From a virus (taxonomy: Duplodnaviria > Caudoviricetes): 38,571 nucleotides of DNA. Positions 36,877-38,571 of this stretch are shown one piece after another (the stretch's first letter is position 1; every line of letters starts with the position of its first letter). Below the pieces are notes generated by a model. The model was not told the DNA's origin. It saw only the letters and a list, made by a program, of their open reading frames with translations, and made no database searches. The DNA lies in IMG/VR virus record IMGVR_UViG_3300032255_000174, positions 1 to 38,571 of that record; one strand, 5' to 3'. The position numbers were made by a program, and so were the translations under genes.

Positions 36877-37382
36877 GCGCCAATATCGAAAGTTACTTTA
36901 TTGCGGTTGGCAACACGAGCGTTCAGGTATTGCCTCTAGCCCAAAAGGCGATTGAGACTTATCCACTCGAAACCAATATCACCGTTCAAGCCCTTTGCGA
37001 TTATGTCGAATTAAAAGAACGTGGTAAATACATCAGAGTTTCTCAGTTTCCTGGTTACGATCGCAAGCACCTCGATATTCTAAGGCGAAAGATTGTGCGA
37101 ACAGCGATGGGCAATTTTCGCCATCAACAGCAGGTGGCATTGGCGGGTTATCCAGTAAATAATGGGCTGATTTTTTTCGCTGAAGTCGATTGCTGCCATC
37201 GGGCTCGCCAAATAAGGGGGCAGGTCCACGGTCCATTGCAGGTGGTGAGGCTGCCATTCGATGAGTGTTGGAACCAAAATTGTAGGTGTGAATACCTACC
37301 ATTTAGAAAGAACCAATCTGGAAGCTATTCGAATATTATTCGGAAACAGCTTGATAAAGCTGGGATAGAGATAAAAACATGA
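36873..37382 (+). CDS. Accessory Cys-rich protein co-transcribed with repressor
   Basis: TTGA overlap with cI stop; AT-richer; DCCHRA...LPFDECWNQNCRCEYLP. Confidence 0.7.
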   Translation: MSANIESYFIAVGNTSVQVLPLAQKAIETYPLETNITVQALCDYVELKERGKYIRVSQFPGYDRKHLDILRRKIVRTAMGNFRHQQQVALAGYPVNNGLIFFAEVDCCHRARQIRGQVHGPLQVVRLPFDECWNQNCRCEYLPFRKNQSGSYSNIIRKQLDKAGIEIKT

Positions 37383-37514
37383 GCCAGAGTCTCAACCGCG
37401 TCATGGCTACGTTGACCTGTAGAAACTAGGCACCATTACCATTGAGGTGCCATCCGAACCCCGCACGGCAGAGCAAGCTTCGGGATGTGATTTCTGGCAA
37501 ATAGACCCAAAATC

Positions 37515-37633
37515 ACTTTCCAGTTCAGCGCCGCTGGCTACACCATAGTAAATGACTTAACCTATTGTTTTATTTTGGATAAGTGCCGTTCTGGAAAGCT
37601 GCAAACGTCTTGGAAAGCCAACTTTCCAGTTCA
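37515..37633. repeat. ACTTTCCAGTTCA direct repeat with two inverted partial copies
   Basis: Copies at 37515 and 37621; CTGGAAAG at 37591 and TGGAAAG at 37611. Confidence 0.75.
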
Positions 37634-37725
37634 CGCGCCACTTTAAACGATCTCGCGGGCAAGGTTGAACGCCAAGCGCCCCTTTAAACCCTTATTTAAC
37701 GGGCCTGTGCGCACGTGCGATAGTT

Positions 37726-37919
37726 TGCAGAACTCTCTGTCACGAAATACGCAAATCGCGCTCAAATGGCCATTTTTGCGCTTATTGCAGGACTTCTAAC
37801 ATCGCGGCCAATTTTGCCCAGCCGCACCCTTATACCCCTATAAAACATGGCGCTTTACCTCGAGACACCACCTAATCCCACCTGATCCCACTTACTGCGG
37901 AACTCTCTGTCACACTACA
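37726..37919 (-). repeat. Prophage terminus with transposase-binding repeats
   Basis: TGCRGAACTCTCTGTCAC at 37726-37743 and 37896-37913; the second lies 6 bp inside the end (minus strand reads TGTAGTGTGACAGAGAGTTC). Confidence 0.8.
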
Positions 37920-38160
37920 TTCGCGCTTTCTAGCAGATACAGCCATTCCAATTCTTGTGGAGTTAAATCCAGCTGATCTGTCGCGGCGCGCCCCAAAACC
38001 GTTAAATAGACCTCACAGCCAGATTATTTAAACACCCATTTAATGGTTTTCCGTTTTGGTGCCCCCTGTTTGGTGTATTGTTGCCACGAGCACGGTTTCT
38101 TTGCAGCGTATTGAGCTGACTTTGTTGTTGTTGGTCCAACCTAACTACTACAAAAACGAC

Positions 38161-38571
38161 GCGCATCTTGATCAGACGTTCACGTGTCCCGATCAGAACA
38201 CGAATGCGCTCTGACGCCTCACTACGGACATGCACCTGGTTGAACCAGCCGGTTCGTGCCAAATGAGCCAGTCCTTCGGCATCGCCACGATCCGATTTGT
38301 TAATGCGGCCCGACAAGGCTTTGTGGGCTAATCGCGCATCAATGCAGATGATCGGCAGGCCACGCTTCTCCAACTCGCGGGTCAACCAGATCGACAAAAT
38401 CCCACTCTCATGGACAACACGCGCAGCATCAGGTGCATGTTTTAGCACGAACGCGGCAATCTGATCCGGATCAGACGAAACCTCGCCACGTGAAGTGATG
38501 GCACCGTTGCTATCAACAACACAGATCGTGACTGATTTGACGGATACGTCGAGCCCTACATAATGTGACAT
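38161..38571 (-). pseudogene. Truncated IS110 family transposase (DEDD domain only)
   Basis: YVGLDVS, VVHESG, NKSDRGDAEGLA; similarity lost after RERLIKMR, followed by non-homologous AT-rich read-through to 38002. Confidence 0.88.

Larger units (their letters stand above)
1145..37919 (-). mobile_element. Mu-like transposable prophage with siphovirus-type tail; repressor-proximal end at 37919, distal end not seen (may extend beyond position 1)
   Basis: MuA/MuB, GemA, Mor-like, gp26-gp29, MuF, gpG, protease I, gpT, gp36, gp37 in Mu gene order; terminal CA at 37918-37919 next to a repeated 18-bp site. Confidence 0.96.

Noticed and set aside
38002-38571. Intact IS110 with bridge RNA
   Set aside because: Transposase lacks its C-terminal domain, and the upstream non-coding end is outside the window

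Overview
The window is almost entirely one Mu-like (transposable) prophage on the minus strand, with a non-contractile siphovirus-type tail. The gene set resembles alphaproteobacterial transposable phages; host assignment is inference. From right to left: a TG-initiated terminus at 37919 with repeated end sites; an accessory gene; an S24-type CI repressor divergent from a Cro/Ner-like gene with three palindromic operators; early genes (ParB-like, MuA, MuB, DUF3164, GemA); an inserted c4-type antisense RNA/ORF6N cassette; a Mor/C-like activator; lysis, terminase, portal, MuF, protease/scaffold, capsid and tail genes; and a beta-helix tailspike. A DUF5131 gene follows where Mu carries mom. The second phage end is not visible in the window. 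A truncated IS110 lies outside the right end. Most notable observations: (1) MuF carries a PBECR-like nuclease tip but no immunity ORF, and is instead followed by a promoter-bearing, structured ~70-nt antisense RNA candidate; (2) a TTNAA-N6-TTNAA motif recurs every ~3-6.6 kb along the prophage; (3) a complete c4-like RNA switch; (4) a (CG)n slippage frameshift splits the tail-tip gene. All family assignments are from motif recognition by eye, not database searches.
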